The position numbers and the translations under genes were made by a program. Below the pieces are notes generated by a model. That model had not been told where the DNA came from. It saw only the letters and a program-made list of their open reading frames with translations, and did no database searches. Positions 1 through 7,441 of a stretch of DNA of 46,526 bases are shown in pieces; position 1 is the first letter of the stretch; the number at the start of each line of letters is the position of its first letter. This DNA is from a virus: IMG/VR virus record IMGVR_UViG_3300014803_000005; one strand, written 5' to 3'.

Positions 1-33
1 AGTATTATTAATATTATTATTATTAATATTATA
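1..33. other. AT-rich tract next to the iteron array; candidate DNA-unwinding element
   Basis: 32 of 33 bases are A/T (agtattattaatattattattattaatattata). The first palindromic iteron follows immediately. Confidence 0.4.
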
Positions 34-77
34 GTCTTGTAGTCCGTTTTCGGACTGATTAAAGTCCGTTTTCGGAC
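1..77. repeat. Terminal overlap, identical to 46450-46526. This is either a circular-assembly overlap or a very short terminal redundancy.
   Basis: Direct comparison of the two window ends gives 77/77 identity. Confidence 0.95.
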
Positions 78-468
78 TGTTGTTTAGTCCGTTTTCGGAC
101 TGCTGTATATTAATATTATAGTTTTGTAGTCCGTTTTCGGACTGATTAAAGTCCGTTTCGCTTCTGTTCCATGTTTTACATTTTTCTGTAAATCTTAGAT
201 ACTTTGTTTTCCCAAAAGAACTCAACTCAATAAATCCTCTGTCTGCAAGTTCTTTAATGTTTTTGTAAACTCTTTTAGGGATTGAAAAAAGCAACGGAAA
301 ATCATCTACCATTTTTGTTTCTGAATATTGATACCAAACAATGCCATCAACCGTAATTGTATTAGTCCACGTTGGCAATGTCATACACGCTGCAAGCGTT
401 GTTGTTTGAACAATAGTCAGTTCATTTGCAACGGCGAATCTTTGGTCAATCAAAATATTGTAAGTCAT
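1..468 (-). CDS. N-terminal 156 codons of a replication-initiator-like, winged-helix DNA-binding protein. The ORF continues in frame across the junction into 46449..45967, giving about 316 aa in total.
   Basis: ATG at 468. I translated all 156 codons down to base 1 by hand and found no stop. Base 1 equals 46450, and the frame matches the ORF starting at 46449. The segment FPLLFSIPKRVYKNIKELADRGFIELS looks like a wHTH. The ORF track misses this ORF because it runs off the window edge. Confidence 0.6.
   Translation of the reverse strand, partial: MTYNILIDQRFAVANELTIVQTTTLAACMTLPTWTNTITVDGIVWYQYSETKMVDDFPLLFSIPKRVYKNIKELADRGFIELSSFGKTKYLRFTEKCKTWNRSETDFNQSENGLQNYNINIQQSENGLNNSPKTDFNQSENGLQDYNINNNNINNT
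41..165. repeat. Iteron-like array of the 16-bp perfect palindrome AGTCCGTTTTCGGACT: four exact copies and one degenerate copy
   Basis: Exact copies lie at 41-56, 63-78, 86-101 and 128-143, with a degenerate copy at 150-165. Start-to-start spacings are 22, 23, 42 and 22 bp. A larger ~50-bp unit (22-72) is duplicated at 109-159. Confidence 0.85.
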
Positions 469-574
469 AATTAAAAAAGAAAAGCCCCAATTAGAGCCGT
501 TACACATCTAAAAGGGGCTTTGTAGCTAATTAGCAAATATCTTTCAATCGGTAACGGTCGATTGTTTTACGCCA

Positions 575-582
575 CAAATATA
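575..582 (-). promoter_or_regulatory. Candidate -7 box TATATTTG upstream of the initiator-like gene
   Basis: The minus strand reads TATATTTG, matching the Bacteroidota TAnnTTTG motif. It lies in the 125-bp gap between the stop at 594 and the ATG at 468. The -33 element is weak. Confidence 0.35.
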
Positions 583-593
583 ATACTTTTTTT

Positions 594-1316
594 TTATTCC
601 AACAACTGTACGGGCTTAAATGCTTCTTTTACCGCAAACAAATTTCCCTCACTTTCGTTTGGAACAATCGTAACAACCGGATAACGGGAATGGTCGCCGG
701 GCTTTTGAGAAACTGCAAATTGTACATTCATATCAAAGATAATTCCTTTTACAAATCCCTTTTCTTGCAATATTGCGTCGAATGTATCACGGATATTGGG
801 TATTGTTGACGCTGTCCCCTTTGTCGTAAACTGCCAAACTCCGCCAACGCCACGCACCAACGGAATAATGAAAGTTACGGTTAACGTTACAATCCATCCG
901 TCGCCGCCGTTTAATACGGCACGGTTGGGGTGCTTTTCCGCAACCCCCGCCATCAAATTGGGATAATCCTTTGTACTATATTGACAATATTGTTTTCCGT
1001 TCCATACAAAGAACGTTTCCCCGTCGCCGTATGCTATGCGTCGCCCGTCGTCGTCCCGGTATTCGTACATTTCATTGCAAACCTTTTCCGGGGCGTCGTC
1101 CGGGAAAACAATCTGTATTGTTTGCGGTTTCTCGCCGTATGCTTTCGTAAACAATCCTGCATACTTTCCGGTTGGTATAAAATAATCAACGCTTTTTGGG
1201 TATTCTTTGCCGTTTGCCGCCTTTTCCTTGTACCCTACTTTGATAAACCCCACACGTGGCAAAACAACACGTTGTATGCCGGTGGTTGGTCTGTTTATGT
1301 TTATACGTCCTTTCAT
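594..1316 (-). CDS. Conserved-looking hypothetical protein immediately downstream of the PD-(D/E)XK nuclease; function unknown
   Basis: Long ORF. The ATG at 1316 is preferred over the TTG at 1322. No motif recognised. Confidence 0.6.
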   Translation of the reverse strand: MKGRININRPTTGIQRVVLPRVGFIKVGYKEKAANGKEYPKSVDYFIPTGKYAGLFTKAYGEKPQTIQIVFPDDAPEKVCNEMYEYRDDDGRRIAYGDGETFFVWNGKQYCQYSTKDYPNLMAGVAEKHPNRAVLNGGDGWIVTLTVTFIIPLVRGVGGVWQFTTKGTASTIPNIRDTFDAILQEKGFVKGIIFDMNVQFAVSQKPGDHSRYPVVTIVPNESEGNLFAVKEAFKPVQLLE

Positions 1317-1318
1317 AA

Positions 1319-3034
1319 TCAAATATCAATTTCAGTATTCAACAAATCTTTCTTTGTCACGGGTTCCGGCTTTTTAGGCTGTTTTTCTTCGATTTTAGCC
1401 ACTTTTTCTTTTTTTGGTGTAATTGTACGTTTTGCGGTTTTCTTTTCCTTGACGGGCTTCTTTTCCGCCTCCTTTGCCGTTTTCCCGGTGCGTTTCACAA
1501 TCTTTGTTTTCTTAATCTCCGGTTCCGGCTGTGGTTCGGGTTCCGGCTGTTGTTCCGGGGCGTTTTCTATTTCATACGCTTTCATTCTCAATTCAAACGC
1601 TTGCAATTCTTTTCCCTGCAATTTTTCCGCTTCTGAAAATACGTTTATATCCTCCCACGTTTGCGACTCTGAAAAACTTTGATACGCCCCGGTAACTTTT
1701 ACATAACCGTCAGAACATTTGTAAATATTGGTTGCTATGCTGTACCATCTGTGTTGGTCTAAATTCAAACCCTTTTCAACCAATTCAACGCCGTTTACTT
1801 TTGCAATATCTGTTACTTCCCACAAAGAATATGGGGCAGCATCGTTTATTGTAACCTCAAATTCTGAACACGTCATTTGCTTTTTTTGTTCCGGTTCCGG
1901 TTTCAAATCCCCAACGGTAACGGCTTTTTCGGGTTCCGGCTTTTTCTTTTCCGCCGGGGCTTTCGTCTTAATCAATTCCGCCAAAGACAACGATATTACA
2001 TTTTGGGACAAATCCGGGTTATCGTCCAAAACAACCATACCATTAACCGCCGTAAACGTATTATCCCGCTTTTCGTCCTCAATGGCGGCAATCTCCAACA
2101 GATAGGGGATTTTGCGTATATTGGGGCTTTCGGTTTGCTCTTTCAGATTGTACGACGGTTTTTTGCGCCAATCTTTCGGGCTGAAATTGAAAATACGGGT
2201 AACGGGGAATTGCTCAAAATTGACGTTCCACATATCCCGGTACATTCCCAATTGTATTTCGCTTTCCTCGTAAAAGCCTTTGCGCCCGCTTTTGAAATCG
2301 ACAATTGCGTTAATCCGGTCGTCGCTTCCAATCTTTGCCCGCATGGTACACGGGCAATCAATCATTCCGGCGTACTTGTAATACGGGTGTACCAACGCAA
2401 TTTCAACGGCTAACGGTCGTACATCATAATCCAACACGAATTGCGCAAATGCCAATACGTCCTTTTTCAAATCGTCAGCGTAATAAATAAAGTCGTCCGG
2501 CAATCGGTAAACCTCAATGTATTCTTTTAGTTTGCCTTTCAGCCCGTCCAAATCATACGCCCGGTTAATCAATAATTCCTCAAATGCGGCGTGCATAAAC
2601 GTTCCATACGCCGCCCGTTCGCCTTTGTATCGCTCGGCTTCCTCAATGCCTTTGTTCGCAATCCAATTTATAAGGTGCGGGGCTTTGGGTAATGTTTGGG
2701 ACAATATGGTTGTAACCGACGGGAAAAACTCCGGGTTCCCGGCGTCGTCATATCGGTAATAATATCGGTGTCCCTTGCTGTTTAACTGCCAAACCTTATA
2801 CGGGGGTTCAATCAATGTTTTTTCGTCGAAAAACATTGCCGTCATTTCCTCAACCGTCATGCCCGGTATTATCTCAAACACTCCGGTTGGTTGTTCCGGT
2901 TGAACCTCAACGAACGGGGGAATAATTGTTTGTTGTTCCTCGTTAATTTCCGGGAACATATCCGGGGCAACATTGCCGACGGTTCCCGCAACCTCTTTTA
3001 CCGGGTCGCCCGGTTTATCGCTCTTTGCTCTCAT
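1319..3034 (-). CDS. PD-(D/E)XK (RecB/Cas4-like) nuclease with a long low-complexity Lys/Pro/Glu-rich C-terminal extension
   Basis: Motifs GMIDCP, IVDFKSG and EIQLGMY fit the D...(D/E)xK...QxxxY pattern. The C-terminus contains PEPEPQPEPE and K-rich repeats. Confidence 0.7.
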   Translation of the reverse strand: MRAKSDKPGDPVKEVAGTVGNVAPDMFPEINEEQQTIIPPFVEVQPEQPTGVFEIIPGMTVEEMTAMFFDEKTLIEPPYKVWQLNSKGHRYYYRYDDAGNPEFFPSVTTILSQTLPKAPHLINWIANKGIEEAERYKGERAAYGTFMHAAFEELLINRAYDLDGLKGKLKEYIEVYRLPDDFIYYADDLKKDVLAFAQFVLDYDVRPLAVEIALVHPYYKYAGMIDCPCTMRAKIGSDDRINAIVDFKSGRKGFYEESEIQLGMYRDMWNVNFEQFPVTRIFNFSPKDWRKKPSYNLKEQTESPNIRKIPYLLEIAAIEDEKRDNTFTAVNGMVVLDDNPDLSQNVISLSLAELIKTKAPAEKKKPEPEKAVTVGDLKPEPEQKKQMTCSEFEVTINDAAPYSLWEVTDIAKVNGVELVEKGLNLDQHRWYSIATNIYKCSDGYVKVTGAYQSFSESQTWEDINVFSEAEKLQGKELQAFELRMKAYEIENAPEQQPEPEPQPEPEIKKTKIVKRTGKTAKEAEKKPVKEKKTAKRTITPKKEKVAKIEEKQPKKPEPVTKKDLLNTEIDI

Positions 3035-3243
3035 TACTTGTACTTTTTATATTCTGAAATTCCACATAATACCATTGCGGCGCACATTGCCGCCAATAAC
3101 AATTGCCACGGGTTCCAAAATGCGCCAATCAAACAACATAACCCCAATGCGCCAAACGTAACAATTAGGGCTTTCGCTTGAAATAACCCGGAAAACATGG
3201 TTTCGGCGGCTGCTTCCAACCATTCGATAAACTTACTTTTCAT
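3034..3243 (-). CDS. Small membrane protein
   Basis: The internal ATG at 3243 gives MKSKFIEWLE followed by a hydrophobic stretch. The longer ORF version would overlap the XRE gene by 90 nt. Confidence 0.45.
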   Translation of the reverse strand: MKSKFIEWLEAAAETMFSGLFQAKALIVTFGALGLCCLIGAFWNPWQLLLAAMCAAMVLCGISEYKKYK

Positions 3244-3484
3244 TGTTTCCGCCCTCCATGCCAAACAAGTAATCCGCCGAACAATCCAACATTTCGCAAA
3301 TAATAACGACCCATTCCGGGACAATCCGTTTGGTCGTGCCGTTACATAAATTCGTCATATTAACCTGTTGTGCGCTCTCGCTTGCGCCCTCAAAAAGACG
3401 GGCGGCAATGTCTTTTTTCAAAACCTTTTTCCCGTTCGCCTCGGAACGGGCGATTGCTTCGTTTACTCTCAATCTTAATCCCAT
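3233..3484 (-). CDS. XRE/Cro-CI family helix-turn-helix transcriptional regulator
   Basis: 83 aa. HTH_3-like core (KKDIAARLFEGASESAQQVNMTNLCNG) and the typical C-terminal SADYLFG motif. Confidence 0.7.
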   Translation of the reverse strand: MGLRLRVNEAIARSEANGKKVLKKDIAARLFEGASESAQQVNMTNLCNGTTKRIVPEWVVIICEMLDCSADYLFGMEGGNNEK

Positions 3485-3500
3485 AACTTAAATTTTTTTG

Positions 3501-3929
3501 TTAATAACTTGGTTCGTTGCTCTCTTTGTATCCGCAATTGCGGCACGTTTTTTCCTCCCAAATCGGGCTATATTCCGGCGGGGTCAAATATCCGTCGCCT
3601 CCGATACGTCTATACTCGCCGTCTGTAACTTCCATTTCCCCGCCACACTCCGGGCAATCATCGTCGCCAATCAATACACATTCCAACAGGGCGTCCAAAT
3701 GGACGGAACGAACCGGGGAAATACCAATTGCCCGGATAACGTCCACCATTTCCACAACGGTAACATCCCGTTCGTAACAATCGGCGACCGGGAACCCCCA
3801 ATTGTCGCTTATGTCCTCGATAATCTGTTTGTTGATTAACTCCGTAACAATTGTTTCGGATACTTGGTTGGCTGTTTTTCCGCTTTCGGTCGCCAACATC
3901 TTTAATTGCTCACTTTCTTTTATTTTCAT
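3501..3929 (-). CDS. Hypothetical protein with a C-terminal zinc-ribbon-like motif
   Basis: CPECGG...CRNCG Cys pairs. First gene after promoter copy C. Confidence 0.6.
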   Translation of the reverse strand: MKIKESEQLKMLATESGKTANQVSETIVTELINKQIIEDISDNWGFPVADCYERDVTVVEMVDVIRAIGISPVRSVHLDALLECVLIGDDDCPECGGEMEVTDGEYRRIGGDGYLTPPEYSPIWEEKTCRNCGYKESNEPSY

Positions 3930-3976
3930 ATCATTTCCCGGTATCCCTCCGGGTAGGCTGTTAATCTTTTGTTCTG

Positions 3977-4007
3977 CAAAGGTAGAAAGAATTTTTTAAT
4001 TACCAAA
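3977..4007 (-). promoter_or_regulatory. Bacteroidota-type promoter (copy C): TTTG-N19-TACCTTTG
   Basis: On the minus strand, TTTG lies at 4007-4004 and TACCTTTG at 3984-3977. It shares the TTTTGGTAATTAAAA core with copies A and B. Confidence 0.5.
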
Positions 4008-4136
4008 AATATAATCTTTGTTTCGTGAAATCATTTTTGCCGGGTGCGTGGAATATCCGATTTTTAACCTACCTTTGCAATACCGCATTACCAAAAATCG
4101 CTCTCGGTTACTGCGTACCGACCCCCGGCGTATCTG

Positions 4137-4382
4137 TTACGTCCGGGGGTTCATCTTTTCCAACGCCATTTGCGCCGCACAATAACAAAATCGGTATATA
4201 TCGCCATAATATCCCGTTTGTCTGGCTATTTCCTCAATAACGCCCGCCGGATATTCCCCAAACGCTACATATTCGTATTGCGTTGGGTCTAACTCCAATG
4301 CGAACTCAAACGTAATGTCAATATATTTGTCCCCTACCCGGTTAAATGCGTGGTCGATTGGTATAAATGCGTTCGTTTTGCC
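4137..4382 (-). other. Open frame of 81 codons with no start codon, in the -1 frame relative to ORF 4334..4627. It may be the frameshifted continuation of that ORF.
   Basis: The frame is bounded by TGA at 4383-4385 and TAA at 4137-4139. The only in-frame ATG/GTG/TTG codons lie far downstream; the first (a TTG) would leave a 54-aa product. It reads like coding sequence (...DKYIDITFEFALELDPTQYEYVAFGEYPAGVIEEIARQTGYYGDIYRF...). Confidence 0.4.
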
Positions 4383-4627
4383 TCAACGTATTGCACCCGG
4401 TCGGGAAATAACAACGTCAGCAAATGCGCATTTTTATAACACTCTTTGACTACCGGGCGAACCGTCCGGCGTATCAATTCAATTTCCCATTCATCGAATA
4501 CGTCCGCCGCTTTTACGACCTCAACACGTTTTGCGACGGCGATTGTATCGGTAAAATATTGTCTTTGTATGTCGGGCAAATCCAATCGTAAGAACGCCCG
4601 CATTTCCTCAATAATTACGCTTTCCAT
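4334..4627 (-). CDS. Hypothetical protein (97 aa as annotated), possibly the 5' part of a frameshifted gene
   Basis: ORF with an ATG at 4627. It overlaps the start-less frame 4137..4382 at an A4 run (4376-4379). Confidence 0.55.
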   Translation of the reverse strand: MESVIIEEMRAFLRLDLPDIQRQYFTDTIAVAKRVEVVKAADVFDEWEIELIRRTVRPVVKECYKNAHLLTLLFPDRVQYVEAKRTHLYQSTTHLTG

Positions 4628-4764
4628 ATTCTCGTTTTAATCATGTATTCCAAATTCGCAATCTCCCCATTGGTCGAAATCTGCCCCGTCATAACTAAAC
4701 GGGTAACGTTCCGTTTCCGGGCAATCCGTCCAACATTGACGCCGGTCGTTCTTGTTTGATGATG

Positions 4765-4795
4765 CAAATATACAACCTTTATTTTAATTACCAAA
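4765..4795 (-). promoter_or_regulatory. Bacteroidota-type promoter (copy A): TTTG-N19-TATATTTG
   Basis: On the minus strand, TTTG lies at 4795-4792 and TATATTTG at 4772-4765. Confidence 0.55.
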
Positions 4796-4982
4796 AGAAT
4801 TTCTTTTTATTTTATCGGAAAATGGCAAAAAATTCTGTTTTTGGTTCAAAAGATAGTTATTTTGGTCGAATTTTCGATTTAAGCCACTTTTTCGGGCGAA
4901 ATGTGTAATTTATCCATTTTGAAATAAAAACGCCGTGACGGGGCTAATTTTGGGCAAAAATAAAACCGGGCGTTTTGCCCGG
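4779..4982. repeat. Intergenic cassette copy A (~200 bp), a paralogue of 5924..6116
   Basis: Blocks shared with copy B include ttattttaaNtaccaaaagaattt, cgaattttcNatttaagccacttt, tttatccatt, acggggctaa and gggcaaaaaNaaaa. Confidence 0.8.
4955..4982 (-). terminator. Rho-independent terminator after gene 4988..5437
   Basis: The minus strand reads CCGGGC-AAAAC-GCCCGG followed by TTTTATTTTTG. Confidence 0.65.
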
Positions 4983-4987
4983 CTGTC

Positions 4988-5437
4988 TTACATTACCAAC
5001 GTTCCAATTTGCTTTGCTATTTCCAAAACTTCTTTCTTTGTCTTTACTTCATTTGGTATAACCGTACCATTTGCAGATTTTGAAAATGTTTCCCGTGATT
5101 GAACCCATACATAAACCGTACCGCCAATGGGATTTTTCCCGGTTGCCCATTTTATTTTACCATATCTTATTTGCCAATACGTACCGCCCCCGAATGGCAT
5201 ATAATGCCCTTTGTCGTCATTCCATGATAGAACAACCCGCTTTGCTTTGAAATAACGTGTTCCGTCTGTATTAGTAAAACAAATGTCGTATGCGCTGTTT
5301 TGTTTCCATTTTGAACAAAGTTCTTTGCGCTGTTCCAATAATTTGTTTTTTATCTTAATATCTAAATCATCTAATTTCATATTACTTTGGATTGTGCCGG
5401 GGTTTATCCGGCTGTTTATTACTTTTGATTTTTCCAA
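4988..5437 (-). CDS. Hypothetical protein
   Basis: 149-aa ORF followed by a terminator. No motif recognised. Confidence 0.6.
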   Translation of the reverse strand: MEKSKVINSRINPGTIQSNMKLDDLDIKIKNKLLEQRKELCSKWKQNSAYDICFTNTDGTRYFKAKRVVLSWNDDKGHYMPFGGGTYWQIRYGKIKWATGKNPIGGTVYVWVQSRETFSKSANGTVIPNEVKTKKEVLEIAKQIGTLVM

Positions 5438-5562
5438 ATTTGATAATCATAATAAGATTCAAAGCACATATATCCTCCGCATACCTTTGTAACCTTTTCC
5501 GCCCATGGACATAGTTTCTTTGCTTGGTATCTGCTTTCAGTTTCAACAAATTTTGTTCTCAT
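5419..5562 (-). CDS. Small hypothetical protein (47 aa)
   Basis: Hand-translated as MRTKFVETESRYQAKKLCPWAEKVTKVCGGYMCFESYYDYQIWKNQK. It fills the gap between neighbouring genes and is below the ORF-track size cutoff. Confidence 0.4.
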   Translation of the reverse strand: MRTKFVETESRYQAKKLCPWAEKVTKVCGGYMCFESYYDYQIWKNQK

Positions 5563-5605
5563 AATGTTCTAATTTTATTTTTCCCCGGGAACCCGCCCGG
5601 TCGGA

Positions 5606-5854
5606 TTAGTAATAATAAAAGGATATTTTCAAACCCCGGCGCAACTTACAATGTTCGGCGTCTTTGACACAACGGAAAGCACGGCGCAATAATTTGTTCG
5701 CCATTTCAACGCCTACTAACTTAATCAAACCGGAAACGCCAACCAACGTGTTAATCTTTTTGCCGTTGAACAATCCGTTTACTTTGATTTTGAAAGTACG
5801 GTTAATCTCTTTTGTTGTATATTCCAAACCGTTGTAAATATCTTCTGGCTTCAT
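5606..5854 (-). CDS. Hypothetical protein (82 aa)
   Basis: The ATG at 5854 (MKPEDIY) is preferred because the ATG at 5911 lies inside the -7 box of promoter B. Confidence 0.55.
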   Translation of the reverse strand: MKPEDIYNGLEYTTKEINRTFKIKVNGLFNGKKINTLVGVSGLIKLVGVEMANKLLRRAFRCVKDAEHCKLRRGLKISFYYY

Positions 5855-5908
5855 TGTATCGCTCTTTTTGTTGCCGAGAAAACGCCCGGTCGTTTTATTA
5901 ACATGGCA

Positions 5909-5940
5909 CAAAGATAGGGCATTTTATTTTAACTACCAAA
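5909..5940 (-). promoter_or_regulatory. Bacteroidota-type promoter (copy B): TTTG-N20-TATCTTTG
   Basis: On the minus strand, TTTG lies at 5940-5937 and TATCTTTG at 5916-5909. Confidence 0.55.
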
Positions 5941-6116
5941 AGAATTTTCTTTTATTTTCGATTTGCGGACAAAAAACGGTTCTTTTGGCTCCCCGCAAAG
6001 TTATTTTTGGCGAATTTTCATTTTAAGCCACTTTATTTGCCGGGGTGGGTACTTTATCCATTCAAACAAAATAATCGAAATACGGGGCTAAAAACGGGCA
6101 AAAACAAAAACGGGGT
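5924..6116. repeat. Intergenic cassette copy B (~195 bp), a paralogue of 4779..4982
   Basis: Aligned by eye to copy A. It ends in an imperfect hairpin and T-run downstream of the HNH gene stop at 6150. Confidence 0.8.
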
Positions 6117-6149
6117 TGCAACGCTTGGTTACAATCCCCCCCCCTGTTA

Positions 6150-6710
6150 TTACTCTTTATATTTCCATTTATAGCCGCCCGCCGTGTTTAATGTTCCCCG
6201 TATTACTCGGCTTATACTTGTATGCGCTATCCCCGTTGCTCGTTCCGCCTCTCTTATACTTGAATAGGAACCAATCAAAAAACCGTCCTTTAATTGCTGA
6301 ACTGGAATTTGCAGTTGTTTATATGGCTTTTGAATTATTCCGGCTTTTCGGTAACGCTCAATTGATATTGGATTATTGGAATTTTGTTTGCGTGTACACC
6401 AACGTAAATTATTTACTTGGTTATTTATCCGGTCGCCGTCGATATGGTCAATTTCCGGCAAATTGTCCGGGTTCGGAATGAAAGCCGCCGCAACTAAACG
6501 ATGAACTAATATTGTTTTCCTTATGTTGTTATTGCTTAATACAATAAAAAAATATCCGTAACGGTCTTTTTTAGATTTTAATATTTTCTCTTTAACTATG
6601 GCAATTTGCCCGTTCTTTCTTACTATTTTACGGGATAATGATTTTATTCGCCCGTTGTTACTAACTTGGTATATTCCTATATACCCGGTTAAATCTTTCC
6701 ATATTTCCAT
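6150..6710 (-). CDS. HNH homing endonuclease, NUMOD4/HNH_3 type with a C-terminal HTH (paralogue 1 of 5)
   Basis: MEIWKDLTGYIGIYQVSNNGRIKS, HRLVAAAFIPNPDNLPEIDHIDGDRINNQVNNLRWCT, and a C-terminal GGYKWKY. The ATG at 6710 is preferred over the TTG at 6719. Confidence 0.85.
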   Translation of the reverse strand: MEIWKDLTGYIGIYQVSNNGRIKSLSRKIVRKNGQIAIVKEKILKSKKDRYGYFFIVLSNNNIRKTILVHRLVAAAFIPNPDNLPEIDHIDGDRINNQVNNLRWCTRKQNSNNPISIERYRKAGIIQKPYKQLQIPVQQLKDGFLIGSYSSIREAERATGIAHTSISRVIRGTLNTAGGYKWKYKE

Positions 6711-6823
6711 ATTTGCCAACTTTATAAGTAAGCCAACATTTAAAAGAAACGGGAACGGGCTGTTGGCTTTTGCCCTTTTCGGTTGGTAGCTACTCCAACC
6801 TATCCCCGTTTGTGCAAAGATAG

Positions 6824-7441
6824 TTATTTCTCTATGGTTATAACTTCAAATCCGGTAATTTTTGAATTTGGATTTTTTGAAACAATATCAAATTCACGGT
6901 TTTTTATCCGTTTTGTTTTCCATAAAAAATTAAGAAAACGCTTATATTGCACAGTTTCCGTTATTAAAAGGCTATCCCGTGTTATAATTTTGCCCGAAAA
7001 CGTATTATTTTTAATACATCCGTCAAAATCAACCCATTTGTCGGAATACTCAATACAACGTAATACAGTCGTAACCGTATCGCCGGGCAAATATACAATA
7101 CTATCCCGGACGTTCGCCCGCAATTCGTTAATCGTTTCCATTTGCGCCGTCGTAACCCTTTGTAAATCCCGGTTTTTTGTCTGCAACGATTTGATTAACG
7201 CCGCATCGTCCGCCCGGTACTTTTTATATTCGGATAATTTTAACTCCAAATTCCCAACCTTTGCGGCGTTCAAACTATCCTTTGTTTTGTACGTTTCGAC
7301 GTCCTGCAACAATGTTTCTGTATTTCCCCGGTATCTGTTCCGTTCGTCCGTCAATTTTTCAATTTTCGTTCGTTGCACCCATATTGTTGCAACGGCGGCA
7401 ACTACCATCGCAATTGCCGCCCAAATCAAATACTTTTTCAT
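6824..7441 (-). CDS. N-terminally membrane-anchored coiled-coil protein; spanin-like lysis accessory candidate
   Basis: MKKYLIWAAIAMVVAAVATIW transmembrane segment followed by a coiled-coil-like region. Its start overlaps the amidase stop (ATGA). Confidence 0.45.
   Translation of the reverse strand: MKKYLIWAAIAMVVAAVATIWVQRTKIEKLTDERNRYRGNTETLLQDVETYKTKDSLNAAKVGNLELKLSEYKKYRADDAALIKSLQTKNRDLQRVTTAQMETINELRANVRDSIVYLPGDTVTTVLRCIEYSDKWVDFDGCIKNNTFSGKIITRDSLLITETVQYKRFLNFLWKTKRIKNREFDIVSKNPNSKITGFEVITIEK

Noticed and set aside
41-165. The repeated hairpins at the window start as a CRISPR array
   Set aside because: The repeats are 16-bp perfect palindromes with 6-26-bp gaps rather than ~30-bp spacers. 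They lie inside an open reading frame, and no cas genes are present. An iteron or origin interpretation fits better.
930-1682. Long plus-strand ORFs throughout the window (for example 930-1682, 6783-7508, 16115-16642, 28520-29212, 30333-30923, 35073-35480, 41144-41668)
   Set aside because: Each lies entirely inside a longer minus-strand ORF that has recognisable motifs or module context. Their translations are low-complexity or Cys/Phe/Ser/Arg-rich, as expected for antisense shadows. No plus-strand promoter or gene organisation supports them.
3233-3484. A lysogeny module (repressor plus integrase) implying a temperate phage
   Set aside because: Only a small XRE-type HTH protein is present. 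No integrase, recombinase, excisionase or attP-like feature was recognised anywhere in the circle.
4641-4790. A coding-looking 47-codon frame with no start codon (…CIFASSNKNDRRQCWTDCPETERYPFSYDGADFDQWGDCEFGIHD*) between promoter A and gene 4334-4627, as a gene remnant truncated by the cassette
   Set aside because: It contains no ATG, GTG or TTG in frame. The -7 box lies inside it. An open stretch of this length has roughly a 10% chance expectation, so the evidence is too weak. It is more likely a 5' leader.
4880-4920. A conserved 12-codon micro-ORF in both intergenic cassettes (MDKLHISPEKVA / MDKVPTPANKVA)
   Set aside because: Conservation is at the DNA level at both ends, while the middle codons differ non-synonymously. 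No translation signal is evident. It is more likely a conserved DNA or RNA element than a peptide.
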